This document shows positions 48,745-59,472 of a DNA stretch of 64,000 nt, one piece after another; the first letter of the stretch is position 1; every line of letters begins with the position of its first letter. The translations under genes were made by a program, and so were the position numbers. The DNA comes from an uncultured bacterium (GTDB lineage: Bacteria > Abyssobacteria > SURF-5). The notes beneath the pieces were generated by a model that was not told the origin of the DNA, searched no databases, and saw only the letters and a list, made by a program, of their open reading frames with translations. Where the stretch lies: positions 82,520 through 146,519 of the forward strand of contig CAZSKP010000002.1 of assembly GCA_964607485.1 (NCBI GenBank), read 5' to 3'.

Positions 48745-50199
48745 ATGGATAAGCAGAAGCTCGCCGCACACTTCGACGCCATGGCGTCTGAGCGCGACCG
48801 GTGGAAGCAAAAAAACAGGTATTACTATTCCGAACTCGAAAAAATCTGCGTCTCCCTCATCCCACCCCGCAAATCCGTTCTGGAGCTCGGCTGCGGCACG
48901 GGCGACCTGCTGAACAGCGTGAGGCCCGAGCGGGGCCTGGGCATCGACCTCAGCCGCGGCATGGTGGAGATAGCTCGCAACAAGTACCCGCATCTCGAAT
49001 TCCGGCAGGGCGACGCCGAGGCGCTGGACACCGACGAAACGTTCGACTACGTCATCATCTCGGACTTGATAGGCTTCCTCTCCGACATCTGGCAGGCCTT
49101 CACCGAGCTTCACAAGGTGTGCCGGCCCGACACCGCCATAGTCATCACACAATACAACTACTTCTGGGAGCCTGTGCTGAAACTGGGCGAGAGGCTGCGC
49201 CTGAAGATGCCCCAACAGCACCAGAACTGGCTCGCCTTCCAGGATTTGAAGAATCTGCTGATGCTCACCGGCTTCGAGGTGTCTCGGGAGGAGTTTCACC
49301 TCCTGCTGCCGAAGAAAGTTCCCGTCATCTCCACGCTGGTGAACGAATACATCGCCAATCTTCCCGGCCTGCGCAATTTCTGCCTGCTCGAGGTGCTGGA
49401 GGTGCGCCCGCTCCAGCGGCCCCGCGAGAGGAAGGACTATTCGTGCTCCATAATAATTCCCACGAGGAACGAGGCGGGCAACATCGACGGCTGTGTCGAA
49501 CGCACTCCGGAGCTCGGCCTCTGGACGGAGCTCATCTTTGTGGACGGCGAATCGAACGACGGGACCGTCGAGAAGATCGAGGAGCTGATGGCCCGGTATG
49601 ACGGCAAGCGCCCGATTCAGCTCATTCGTCAGAAGCCGGCCGTCGGCAAGGCCGATGCCGTGCGCCAGGGTTTCGACGCCGCCACCGGCGACATCCTCAT
49701 GATTCTCGATTCGGACCTCACGGTGCCTCCCGAGGACTTGCCGAAATTCTACGCGCCGCTCTCCGAGGGAACGGCCGAGTTCGTGAACGGCTCTCGGCTG
49801 GTGTATCCGATGGAGAAGGAGGCGATGAGGCTGCTCAACGTCATCGCCAACAAGCTGTTCAGCTATGCGTTCGCCTGGCTGCTCGAGCAGAGGATAACCG
49901 ATACCCTGTGCGGCACGAAGGTGCTCTTCCAAAAGGATTACAAGCGAATCGAGGCGAACCGTGAGTTCTTCGGCGATTTCGACCCGTTCGGCGACTTCGA
50001 CCTCCTGTTCGGAGCGTCGCGCCTGGGGCTCAAGTTCGTCGAGATGCCCGTCAGGTATCGGGCGCGCACGTACGGCGACATAAAGATACAGCGCTTCAGG
50101 CACGGCTGGCTCCTGCTGAAAATGACCGTGATCGCATTCAGGAAGCTGAAGCTCGTGAAGTGGCGTGAGTCCATAGGCCGCATGTTCAAAACGGGGTGA
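48745..50199 (+). CDS. Class I SAM methyltransferase-like + GT2 glycosyltransferase fusion
   Basis: LELGCGTG, then IIPTRNEAGNI, VDGESNDGT, ILDSDL, DTLCGTK. Confidence 0.9.
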   Translation: MDKQKLAAHFDAMASERDRWKQKNRYYYSELEKICVSLIPPRKSVLELGCGTGDLLNSVRPERGLGIDLSRGMVEIARNKYPHLEFRQGDAEALDTDETFDYVIISDLIGFLSDIWQAFTELHKVCRPDTAIVITQYNYFWEPVLKLGERLRLKMPQQHQNWLAFQDLKNLLMLTGFEVSREEFHLLLPKKVPVISTLVNEYIANLPGLRNFCLLEVLEVRPLQRPRERKDYSCSIIIPTRNEAGNIDGCVERTPELGLWTELIFVDGESNDGTVEKIEELMARYDGKRPIQLIRQKPAVGKADAVRQGFDAATGDILMILDSDLTVPPEDLPKFYAPLSEGTAEFVNGSRLVYPMEKEAMRLLNVIANKLFSYAFAWLLEQRITDTLCGTKVLFQKDYKRIEANREFFGDFDPFGDFDLLFGASRLGLKFVEMPVRYRARTYGDIKIQRFRHGWLLLKMTVIAFRKLKLVKWRESIGRMFKTG

Positions 50200-50212
50200 G
50201 GAGAAAAACGCA

Positions 50213-51268
50213 ATGTCAAAAGCGAGAGTCGGAGTGATAGGATGCGGCGTGATCGCCGATCTCACCGTCTGCGGTTACCGGGAGGACGAGCGCGTCGAGA
50301 TCCTCGCGGTGTGCGACTCGGACCGGCAGAAAGCCAAAACAAAAGCGGAACTGTGGGGCGCCGCGAAGGTGTACGGCGACTACCACGAGCTCCTGGCCGA
50401 CAAGGAGATCGACGCCGTCGAGATTATCACTCCCCACCATCTCCACCACCCGATGGCGGTCGAGGCCGCGCGCGGGGGCAAGCACATATCCGTCCAGAAG
50501 CCCATGTCGCGCACAGTGTCAGAGGCGCGCGACATGATTGCGGCGGCGAAAGATGCCGGTGTCATCCTGCGCGTGAACGACCCATACATGTTCTACCCGC
50601 CGGTCGTGAAGGCGAAGGAGTTGATCGACGCGGGCGAAATCGGCACGCCCAGCATGGTGCGCGTGCGGACCACCGTCGGCAGCATGGACTGCGGCTGGAA
50701 CGTTGACCCGCAGGCGTGGGTGTGGCGGTTCGACAAGGAGCGCAGCGGCGGCGGCAACATGCTCGACGACATGCACCACAAGTTCACCGTAGCGCTGTTT
50801 CTGGGCGGTGACGTGGAGAAGGTCTCCGCGTTCATCGAGAACCGCGACTTCTTCGTCGACGCTCCCGCGACCGTGATGTGGAAGTACAAGGCCGACCAGC
50901 GCTACGGCGTCATGGAATGCGTCCACGCGAACGACCTTCACATCAAGACGAAGTACTACAACTGCGAGGAACGGTTCGAGGTCACCGGCTCCCGGGGCAT
51001 CCTCTGGATAACCCGCTGCACCGGCCAATTGATGGACATTCCTGCCCTCATCATGTACCGCGACGGCGAGACACGCGGCTACGACAACGTGCCCGCCGGG
51101 TGGGAAGAAGGGTTCAAGCGGTCGAACTGGCACTTCATCGATTGCCTGCTCGAAGGAACGACGCCCCATCTGACGGGAGAGGAAGGCATCAAGGTGATAC
51201 AGTTCGCGCTCTCGACCTACGCCTCGGACGACTCACAAGCGGCCGTCGAACCAGACTCGATTTCGTGA
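50213..51268 (+). CDS. Gfo/Idh/MocA oxidoreductase
   Basis: VGVIGCG, TPHHLH, VQKPM, GGGNMLDDMHH. Confidence 0.92.
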   Translation: MSKARVGVIGCGVIADLTVCGYREDERVEILAVCDSDRQKAKTKAELWGAAKVYGDYHELLADKEIDAVEIITPHHLHHPMAVEAARGGKHISVQKPMSRTVSEARDMIAAAKDAGVILRVNDPYMFYPPVVKAKELIDAGEIGTPSMVRVRTTVGSMDCGWNVDPQAWVWRFDKERSGGGNMLDDMHHKFTVALFLGGDVEKVSAFIENRDFFVDAPATVMWKYKADQRYGVMECVHANDLHIKTKYYNCEERFEVTGSRGILWITRCTGQLMDIPALIMYRDGETRGYDNVPAGWEEGFKRSNWHFIDCLLEGTTPHLTGEEGIKVIQFALSTYASDDSQAAVEPDSIS

Positions 51269-51321
51269 ACGTGCCAATCCTCGATTCCCGCCCGGGAAAC
51301 TCATGAAGAAGCGGGCTGTGC

Positions 51322-53742
51322 TTAAGGCCTCTTTCCTCCCCGGCGCGGCTCCGAGACAGCGGCGGTCTTCTCCCACGGAGCCATTTTCTTCGTTCGCCTG
51401 CGCGCAATGTCGAACGTGAGCGACAGCGACAGGAGCACAGCCGCACCGAAGCTGATGAGCGCGCCCGCTCGGAAGCCGCTCGGCTTGTATCGAACCTCGA
51501 CCGAATGCTTTCCCGCCTCGACCGGGATGGCCATAAACAGGTAATCCGCCCGATATATGTTGGAATTTTCCCCGTCCACCCTGGCGCGCCAGCCGGGCAT
51601 GAAGATGTCGTCGAGGAAGATGAACCCCGGTTCCGGCGCATCGACGATTACGTCGGTCTCGCGCTCGCTTTTCGGCTTCACGATGACCTCCGGCGACGAC
51701 GTCTCGGCCGGGTGTTCGGCGGGAGCGGGCGGCGATTCGGGCTCTTCTTCGAGTATGATTGTTTTCCGATAGTCGAACGAGCTGTCGGCAAGCCTCTCGA
51801 GCACCTTGCTCTTCTCCCCTGTCACCTCGACGTCCTTTACGTAAAACGCACGGGGCAGCGCATCCGGATTCTCATATATCTTCAGCTCCTTCGAGAGCAC
51901 TCTCTTCAGGTTGAATCCCTTCGGCATCTTGTTTTCCGGAGCCTGCTCGGGATAAAGCTCGCGCCCCGGGTCATCGACGATGTAGCGCGCCCCCAGAAGA
52001 TTCAGCATGCGAGGATGCGCGCTGTCGGATGCCCACCGCAGCCCGCCGGTGAAAGGCAACTCGTACGACGGCGCGCCGCCCGTGTCCAGGTAAGCGCAGA
52101 ACTCGGCATACCTCTGGAGCGAGAGCGATTCGTATCCGCTCGTGCCGCGAATTTTTTCCACCATCCCAAAGTTGGCGTTCAGCAGGAAGTTCTTCCAGTC
52201 GTGCTTCCTGCGGAACACGTGCACGCGGTCGAGCCCGGCGTTTTCCCGCAGAAATTCCTTTTCCACCTTCAGCTCGGGGAAGACCTCGCGGGTTATCCAC
52301 GGGTAGGTGACCGGGTTGACCACGTAGAGCGTGAGGTCGAGCCCGACCAGCACAACGGCCAGGCAGCCCACCACCGACGCCGATTTCCCGCGCGCCCCCA
52401 GCAGGCACCCGATCAGCAACACAAAAACATACAGTCCGCCGCTCTTCGGCAGCAGCAATATGAAGGTCGCGCATATGCCGATGAAAATCCCGAAGCGGTT
52501 CAGCCCCTTTGGCGGCGGGCTCGGCTTGGTCAAAACCTGCTCGACCAGGTGACTGCAGCCCACGCCGGCCAGCGTGGCCACTGAGAAGGCGGTGAGTATG
52601 AGCAAAAGATTCGGGAGGCGAAACCAATCGCCGGTGGGCAGATACAGGTAGAGGTCGAAAAACGGCGTGTGCGAACCGAACGCGACCAGAGTCGAGACGA
52701 CGGCCATCGCCGAGAAGAAGGCGAGCTCGCGCCAGTGCTCCCGTTGAACGAACGCAAAAACGGCCATCACCAGTGTCAGTATTCCCGGGTACAGCGTGTA
52801 TTGCGCCCATCCGAACGAGTCGGGATTTGTCAGCGCGGCAAAAAAAGCCGACGGGTATAGCGAGCCGCCGACCACGACCGCCTGAGTCGCCAGCCCTTCG
52901 GGCGGTCGCGTGCTCAACTCCGATAGCTGAAACGTGGGTATCCACTGAAACGCCGTCAGCAGTGCGGGTATCAACGAGAGGCCCGCCAGCGTCAGCACGA
53001 AAGCGCGTCCGGACGGCCGCGACTCCCCCTCACGCCCCTTCAGCCCCACCAGGGCCGTGAATATCAGGTACGCGAACCCGCCATAGAGCGTGTACACGAA
53101 GCCCTGCATGTATCCGGCCAAAAACTGGCAGCCGACGACGACGCCCAGCAAAGCGGCGTCGGTCAGTCGCGCGCGAAACAGCGTGCGATGAATGAGGAGA
53201 AACACGAGCGGAATCCACGTGTGGCAGAGGATAACGTGCGGCCATGCAAGCATGTAGGTGACAAAGGAGCAGAGCATGTAAGCGGTTCCGCCGAATGCGG
53301 CGGCCACTTCCGCGGCGCCCAGTTCGCGCAGCCACAGGTACATGAACAGCCCTGCCAGAAAAATGTGTACAAGATACACGAGGCTGACGGCCGTGTCGGC
53401 CCGCAGAAACCAGTGTGGAAAATTCAGCGGATAGAACAGGCCCGCCTGGTACGTCGCGAGAAAGGGCATGCCGCTGTTCGTGTAGGGATTCCACAGCGGA
53501 ATCTCGCCCGCCCTCAGCCGACTGAAGCCGTACTCGCGCACGGGCAGGTGATACATGTACATATCGGCGTTCGCGCCGGCGAGTATCCTGTTCTCGGCCT
53601 CCGTGTGCTCAACGCGCGCCCACCAGAAGAACAGCGCAAAGGCGAGAATGCCTATCACGCTCAAGAAGGCCGGGCCAAGATAGAGGGAGGACCGGCCCTT
53701 CTTCTTCCGAGGGATGAAGGCGTCGTGCGCTGTTTTCGCCAT
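51322..53742 (-). CDS. YfhO-family (GT-C-like) membrane protein
   Basis: PLWNPYTNSGMPF, FYPLN, multiple TMs, NPDALPRAF, PGWRARVDG...Y.P. Start set at MAKTAHD. Confidence 0.88.
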   Translation of the reverse strand: MAKTAHDAFIPRKKKGRSSLYLGPAFLSVIGILAFALFFWWARVEHTEAENRILAGANADMYMYHLPVREYGFSRLRAGEIPLWNPYTNSGMPFLATYQAGLFYPLNFPHWFLRADTAVSLVYLVHIFLAGLFMYLWLRELGAAEVAAAFGGTAYMLCSFVTYMLAWPHVILCHTWIPLVFLLIHRTLFRARLTDAALLGVVVGCQFLAGYMQGFVYTLYGGFAYLIFTALVGLKGREGESRPSGRAFVLTLAGLSLIPALLTAFQWIPTFQLSELSTRPPEGLATQAVVVGGSLYPSAFFAALTNPDSFGWAQYTLYPGILTLVMAVFAFVQREHWRELAFFSAMAVVSTLVAFGSHTPFFDLYLYLPTGDWFRLPNLLLILTAFSVATLAGVGCSHLVEQVLTKPSPPPKGLNRFGIFIGICATFILLLPKSGGLYVFVLLIGCLLGARGKSASVVGCLAVVLVGLDLTLYVVNPVTYPWITREVFPELKVEKEFLRENAGLDRVHVFRRKHDWKNFLLNANFGMVEKIRGTSGYESLSLQRYAEFCAYLDTGGAPSYELPFTGGLRWASDSAHPRMLNLLGARYIVDDPGRELYPEQAPENKMPKGFNLKRVLSKELKIYENPDALPRAFYVKDVEVTGEKSKVLERLADSSFDYRKTIILEEEPESPPAPAEHPAETSSPEVIVKPKSERETDVIVDAPEPGFIFLDDIFMPGWRARVDGENSNIYRADYLFMAIPVEAGKHSVEVRYKPSGFRAGALISFGAAVLLSLSLTFDIARRRTKKMAPWEKTAAVSEPRRGGKRP

Positions 53743-53827
53743 ATTCCGCCCCGTTCGATGGCGAGGCTCATTGCCCGCCCGAAAAGAGAGAGAAGCCCAA
53801 GACAAAGCTGAATTATATCATACCACT

Positions 53828-56146
53828 TCACGTTTCGACCGTCTTGGCCGCGGCGGATTTCCTGAAACGAATCAGCCCGACTTGCACCAGGGCGGGGACG
53901 AGGAGGAGGTCGCCGAGCAGCGCGACGATGAGGCACATCGGCAGGAGCGTGCCCATCATCTCAGTGGTGTAGTAGTCGCTCAGCGCGAATGGGGAGAAAC
54001 CGGCCACGAGAATGACGCTCGTCATCACGATGGCCCTGCCCGCAAAGTCGAAGGTGCGGCCAATCGCAGTCGTCGTGTCCGGGCTGCGGGCCTCTTCGAG
54101 GCGGTAGCGAACGAGGAAGTGAATGGTGTCGTCCACTCCGATGCCGATCGCAATGATGGCTATCATCATCGTGTCCGAATCCACATAGTCCCACATGCCG
54201 CCGACGTATCCCCCCACCGCCAGCAGAGGGAGGATGTTGGGAATCATCGACCACAGTCCGGCCCGGGAGGAACGCAGCGCTATCATCATCATGAACGTGA
54301 TGGTCACTATCGAGAGTAGCAGGCCGTTGCGCTGGCCTGCGAGTATCTTGTCGAGCCAATCGCCGAGCAAATAGGTCAGGCCCGACGGTTCCACCGTCGC
54401 CGAGTCGCCCAGTATCTGCTTTGCGAGAGCTACCGCCTCCCTCGCCACCGACGCGCTCGCGCGAAAGCCCTCGTCGTTGAGACGCAGCGTTATGCGCATT
54501 GTGCGCCGCTCGAAGTCAATCAGCCTGTCGAGGTCGCGGCCGCCTCCCATCTCGAACAGCAGCAGGTATTGGGCCAGGGCCTGCCGGGTGGTCGGCAACG
54601 CCCCGGCGTCCACGTCGTCGGTGTTGAGTTCGTGATGGATTTCGCGCATCAGGTTGACGAGAGAGAGGGCCCTGTCCACCCTCGGCAGTTCAGTCACGGT
54701 ATCCTGAAAGCGGGCGATGCGCGCGAACGTCTCCGGGTCCAAGAGACCGTCCTCCTCCGGGACTTCGACGTAGAGGTCCAGGCCGGTGGTCCCGGCAAAG
54801 CGCTCCTCGAACCACTTCAGGTCCCTGCGGATGGGGCTATCTTCCCGGAACCGGCGGGCGAAGTCGGCCTCGATGTGAAGGTGAAACACGCCCAGCAGGG
54901 ACAGCACGAGAATCAATCCGGAGCAGATTATTATCGTCCATGGCCGCCGGGTGGCCAGCCGCTCGGCTCCCTCCAGCAGACGGTCCAGCCAATCATGCAC
55001 ACGCGAGGTCGGCCCCTCCCGCAGAGGCTTCGGCTCCGGCATCAAAGAGAAGAAGATCGGAACCATTGTCATTGCGATCAGCAGCGCGCTCGCCACGCCG
55101 AAGCCGAGAATCAAACCCACGCTCCGAAAGACGGGCGTCGGAACCAGCGAGAGACAGACAAAGCCCACAAAGGTGGTCAGCGAGGTGTAGAAACAGGCCC
55201 TGCCGACATCTTCGGCGGATTTGATTATGGCCTGCTCCTTGCCGAGCCCCTTGCTCAACTCCAACAGGTAAGCGGAGCAGAGATGTACGATGTCGGAGAA
55301 TCCCACGATGATGATCACGGCAGGCACGGTCGCCATCAGGATATTGACCTCGCGGTCGAGCTGAACCGCGAAGCCCATCGTCCAGATCACGGCCACCAGC
55401 GAGGCCAGTATCGAGATGAGCGCCGGCCAGAGCCGCCGAAACAGCAGCCACACGGTCAGCAGCAATACCATCACGACGAACGGAAAGATCGTCCTGAGGT
55501 TGTAGTGGGTCTGGTTTACCACTTCGGCGATTGTGACCAGGAATCCCGCCCGGTGTATCTTGGACAGCGCAAAGCCCTCGTCCTCGAAGATGTGAAGCAT
55601 ATCGTGGATAAGCTCCGGGCCGCGCTCGGCCGGCAGGACGGGCTGCACCTCGGGGTCCACCTCGTGGAGAACCGCCAGACATCGGCCATCGGTGGAGACG
55701 ACCAGGCCGCCCGCGAGCGGGTCTTCCCGGAGGGCGGCGAGAAGCTCGGGAATCCGCGACGGGTCCTCGCTCGCCTCGTCGGCATAGTTGGCGATGTACA
55801 GCATCCCGTCCCTTCCCTCGATTCTCTGCGCGTCGAGAATGCTGTACACCCGGCCGACGTCGTCCATCCGCTCGATTCGGTCCAGTACACGCCGGAGCCG
55901 CTCCTGCTGCTCCTCCTCCAGCAGATGGTCAGACTCGAAGGCGAAGACGTTCACTTCCTCCGTGCCGAACTCTTTCAGGCGTTCGAGGTAGGTTGCATAG
56001 GCGGGACTGTCGCCGAAAAAGAGCTTCTTTATCGAGGAAGCCACGACGGCGCGCGACACGCTCAGGAGAGACAGCGCCGTTAAGGCGACGAAGATTAGTC
56101 CAACTATCAGGCGGTGGCGGAGGACGAAACGGAAGTAGGCGCTCAT
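53828..56146 (-). CDS. MMPL/RND family transporter
   Basis: Two repeats of TM, extracytoplasmic domain and five TMs. GFSDIVH and GIGVDDTIH. Confidence 0.9.
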   Translation of the reverse strand: MSAYFRFVLRHRLIVGLIFVALTALSLLSVSRAVVASSIKKLFFGDSPAYATYLERLKEFGTEEVNVFAFESDHLLEEEQQERLRRVLDRIERMDDVGRVYSILDAQRIEGRDGMLYIANYADEASEDPSRIPELLAALREDPLAGGLVVSTDGRCLAVLHEVDPEVQPVLPAERGPELIHDMLHIFEDEGFALSKIHRAGFLVTIAEVVNQTHYNLRTIFPFVVMVLLLTVWLLFRRLWPALISILASLVAVIWTMGFAVQLDREVNILMATVPAVIIIVGFSDIVHLCSAYLLELSKGLGKEQAIIKSAEDVGRACFYTSLTTFVGFVCLSLVPTPVFRSVGLILGFGVASALLIAMTMVPIFFSLMPEPKPLREGPTSRVHDWLDRLLEGAERLATRRPWTIIICSGLILVLSLLGVFHLHIEADFARRFREDSPIRRDLKWFEERFAGTTGLDLYVEVPEEDGLLDPETFARIARFQDTVTELPRVDRALSLVNLMREIHHELNTDDVDAGALPTTRQALAQYLLLFEMGGGRDLDRLIDFERRTMRITLRLNDEGFRASASVAREAVALAKQILGDSATVEPSGLTYLLGDWLDKILAGQRNGLLLSIVTITFMMMIALRSSRAGLWSMIPNILPLLAVGGYVGGMWDYVDSDTMMIAIIAIGIGVDDTIHFLVRYRLEEARSPDTTTAIGRTFDFAGRAIVMTSVILVAGFSPFALSDYYTTEMMGTLLPMCLIVALLGDLLLVPALVQVGLIRFRKSAAAKTVET

Positions 56147-56366
56147 CTATTGAACAATCCCCGACCTCAGGAATTCACCGTTCGTTTGTCGTTCAGGCAT
56201 TCTTCGGGGTGAGGCCCACTATATGTATTTCCGGCGCCACTGTCAAGCGGCCTCTTGGTTGAACTGCTCCGCCGCCGCTTTGACTGTTACCGGCTGGGGC
56301 AGCTATGATGGTTCTGTTCGGCGTCTTGCGCGGCAACAAGTGAAGAAGGAAACGAGGCAGCCGCAA

Positions 56367-57506
56367 ATGGCACAAAGAGCGGATGCGGTGATCATCGGCG
56401 GGGGGATTGTGGGCGCAAGCGTCGCGTATCATCTCGCCGCCGGCGGGCTGAAGGATGTCATCTTGCTCGAAAAGGAGCCGCTCCTCGGCATGGGCTCCTC
56501 TGCCGCCAGCGCGGGCGTCATCTACCATCACCATCCGGAAAAGGTCAACCTGCAGATGAGCCGGCACAGCCTGCGCGCGGTGCTCGAATTTGAGGACGAA
56601 TTCGACACGAAGATAGATTTTCGCCAAAGCGGCTGCATCCAGACGACCGGCACGCCCGAAGACCTCGCCGGGCTGAGAGAGATCGCCCGGGAGCTCGGCC
56701 GCATGGGCGTCGTTGCGCACCTGCTCGAGCCCGAGGAGCTGAGGGAGTTTTTCCCCGGCATGGTCGTCGAAGACCTGCTGGGCGCAATCCACACGCCCGA
56801 TGACGGCCATTTCGACCCCCACGGAATGCTCCAGGGCTATGCCGCACGGGCGAGAACGCTGGGAGCGAGAATCCTCACCCGCGTGCCCGCAACCGGGTTG
56901 AAGACCGAGCGCGGGAGGGTCGTGGGCGTGAAGACGCCTCAAGGAGATATTGACACCGAAATAGTCGTCAATGCGTCGGGCCCGATGGCCGCCGAGGTCG
57001 CGCGGCTCGCCGGACTGCCGGAGCTGCCGGTCGTGCCGTTCAAGCGGCAGATATTCATCACCTCGCCCACAAACATCGTTCCTCCCGACGCCCCCTTTTA
57101 CTTCGACAAAAATCCTCCTCTGTACTTCAGGCCGGAGAGCGGCGGACTGCTCATGAGCATCGCGGAAATGCAGGAATGCAGGACGCGCGACCTGAGCGTC
57201 GATTGGCGGAGCGCGGCGGTCCTGGCGGAGCGGGCGACGCACAGGCTCCCGGAAATGGATTCGCTCCAGCTCGTGAGGGGATGGGCGGGCCTGCGCTGTA
57301 TGACCCCCGACCACACGGCCATCCTCGGCCCGACGCCGGGACTCGCGGGCTTTTACTGCGCCGTCGGATTCAGCGGCCACGGAGTCATGCACGCGCCCGT
57401 CACCGGCAGGATACTGGCGTCGATTATCATCGACCGCACCCTCGACCGGTACGAGGACATCGACCTTGCGTCGTTGAGATACGACAGATTCCTCCAAAAA
57501 GAATAG
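56367..57506 (+). CDS. FAD-dependent oxidoreductase (DAO / sarcosine oxidase beta-like)
   Basis: IIGGGIVG, WAGLRCMTPD, GFSGHGVMHAP. Confidence 0.9.
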   Translation: MAQRADAVIIGGGIVGASVAYHLAAGGLKDVILLEKEPLLGMGSSAASAGVIYHHHPEKVNLQMSRHSLRAVLEFEDEFDTKIDFRQSGCIQTTGTPEDLAGLREIARELGRMGVVAHLLEPEELREFFPGMVVEDLLGAIHTPDDGHFDPHGMLQGYAARARTLGARILTRVPATGLKTERGRVVGVKTPQGDIDTEIVVNASGPMAAEVARLAGLPELPVVPFKRQIFITSPTNIVPPDAPFYFDKNPPLYFRPESGGLLMSIAEMQECRTRDLSVDWRSAAVLAERATHRLPEMDSLQLVRGWAGLRCMTPDHTAILGPTPGLAGFYCAVGFSGHGVMHAPVTGRILASIIIDRTLDRYEDIDLASLRYDRFLQKE

Positions 57507-57573
57507 CCCCGCGCAGCGTGGGCAAGAACCGCCCGCACGCAGGCAGCGTGAAGACGGCCTGCTCCCGTGCTTC

Positions 57574-57688
57574 GTCATTGCGAGGAGCAAAGCGCTGCAA
57601 GCTCGGGCGACGAAGCAATCCCGACGGGAAGGGGAAAAACGCCTCAGAGATTGCTTCGGTCGAGTCAGCGACTCTCCCTCGCAATGAC
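57574..57688. repeat. Palindromic extragenic element, family B (GTCATTGCGAGG...CCTCGCAATGAC)
   Basis: Terminal inverted repeat plus inner GAAGCAATC/GATTGCTTC. The right half recurs at about 40007 and 40398. Confidence 0.82.
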
Positions 57689-57717
57689 TCCGGACGATTT
57701 GGGCAGGCCGATGATTT

Positions 57718-57747
57718 TTGACTCTCCTGTACGCAACGATATATACT
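57718..57747 (+). promoter_or_regulatory. Candidate sigma70 promoter
   Basis: TTGACT-N18-TATACT. Confidence 0.55.
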
Positions 57748-57787
57748 CGTACCGGTTGACCGCCCAGAGTCGCGCATTCAATAACTT

Positions 57788-59392
57788 GTGCCGGCGAGGG
57801 AGATCTTGACGGAGATTGCGCACGACAGAGTTGCCGAGGGTCAGGAGTCCGAGGCTTCGATCTGGTCCGCGGGAATGGAGGCTGGGGAGAAGGCCACGGA
57901 CTCGGCCCTGAAAGCTCTTCAGAACCGCCCGAAATTCAGCATCAGCATGCAGATATACCTCGCGGTTGCGCTTTCCGTCATCATTTTCTTCGGCGTCGCG
58001 ATGTCACTGCTCATCGCGACCTACATGATCGAGAGCAAGGTTCGCTTCCTCGAGATATCCAACAGCTATCTCTTCGAAATTCAACAGGCACGCCGCTTCG
58101 AAAAAAACTATTTCTTGTACGGAACCAATCTCGCGGATGCCGTGGACAATATCGTGGCCGCGAGGAAGATCCTGTTGGAAAACGCCGACGGGCTCAAAGA
58201 GGTGATGGGCGAGGATTTCTTCGGGCTCATTCTGCCGCCGCTCGAGCAATATCAACAGTCGCTGAAGAAGCTGGAGGAGATAGACCGGAACAAGGAAGCG
58301 GACGACTATTATTGGAATAAGAAGGACGCCGAGGCTGAGGTCCGACGGCATGGGCAGGATGTCGTTTCGCTCGCCGAGGATTTGATGCGAAAAGAGAAGA
58401 TCGCGCTCGACAGGATGATCCTGCTCTCGCGCAAGGTGCACATCTACTCTTTCCTCTTCCTGTTCCTCTTCTTCGCCTTCAACACCTACTTCCTCGGCCG
58501 GAGGGTGCTGAGACCCCTGTGGCGGTTCGTCGCCTACGCGGAACGCATCGCCACCGGCGACTATTCCCCCATCTTCCCCGTCCGGCGGTATCGCGACGAA
58601 TTTTCCAATCTCGCCGTCGCCATCAACAGGATGATCAGGGAAATCGAGGCCAAGCAGGACCAACTCATCCAGTCTCACAAGGTGGCTGCCATCGGTCTTC
58701 TCACCTCCGGCGTCGCCCATGAACTCAACAACCCCATAAACAACATCAACATCACGGCCGAATTTATCCTCGAGAACTTCGAGGAAATGGGCAATCAGGA
58801 GAAGAAGAGGCTGCTGAACGACATCATGCAGCAGGGCGAGCGGGCGAGCACCACGGTCAAAGAGCTTCTCCATTTCACCCGGGCCAAACCCGACGCGCTC
58901 GAGGAACTCGAGATAATCACCGTGATCAACGATACTCTGAGAATTCTTCAAAACCAGTTGAACCTGAACAAGATCGTCGTCAAGAAGGAGTGTCCCGACA
59001 TTGTTCCGCCGGTGAGGGGCAACCGCAACAACCTTCAGCAGGTATTCCTCAATCTGTTCACGAACGCGATACAGGCGATGCCCGGCGGCGGAACTCTGCG
59101 GATTGTGGTGAGCGATACACACGTCGGCCTCCTGAAGGTCGATGTCATCGATACGGGAATGGGAATCAAGCCGGAGCACCTCCAGAGGATCTTCGACCCC
59201 TACTTCACGACGAAGAACGTCACCGAGGGCACCGGCTTGGGATTATCCGTCTGTTTTGGTATTATTAAGAAACACGGCGGCAGAATTCTGGTGTCGAGCG
59301 AAATAGGAAAGGGTTCGACATTCAGCGTTTTTTTCCCCTGCTCCGGCCGGGAGATTGAACGCTCGGCGGAGGCGCCGAGCATCAGCACGTAG
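57788..59392 (+). CDS. Membrane sensor histidine kinase (2 TM, HAMP, HisKA, HATPase)
   Basis: GVAHELNNP, QVFLNLFTNA, DTGMGI, FDPYFTTK, GTGLGL. Start uncertain. Confidence 0.93.
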   Translation: MPAREILTEIAHDRVAEGQESEASIWSAGMEAGEKATDSALKALQNRPKFSISMQIYLAVALSVIIFFGVAMSLLIATYMIESKVRFLEISNSYLFEIQQARRFEKNYFLYGTNLADAVDNIVAARKILLENADGLKEVMGEDFFGLILPPLEQYQQSLKKLEEIDRNKEADDYYWNKKDAEAEVRRHGQDVVSLAEDLMRKEKIALDRMILLSRKVHIYSFLFLFLFFAFNTYFLGRRVLRPLWRFVAYAERIATGDYSPIFPVRRYRDEFSNLAVAINRMIREIEAKQDQLIQSHKVAAIGLLTSGVAHELNNPINNINITAEFILENFEEMGNQEKKRLLNDIMQQGERASTTVKELLHFTRAKPDALEELEIITVINDTLRILQNQLNLNKIVVKKECPDIVPPVRGNRNNLQQVFLNLFTNAIQAMPGGGTLRIVVSDTHVGLLKVDVIDTGMGIKPEHLQRIFDPYFTTKNVTEGTGLGLSVCFGIIKKHGGRILVSSEIGKGSTFSVFFPCSGREIERSAEAPSIST

Positions 59393-59472
59393 AAAGCCCG
59401 GAGGAGAGGATGAGCGGTTGCTGAAAGCGTTTCGGTGAACTTGCCAGAGCTCACGGGAGGACGGAGGAGAGG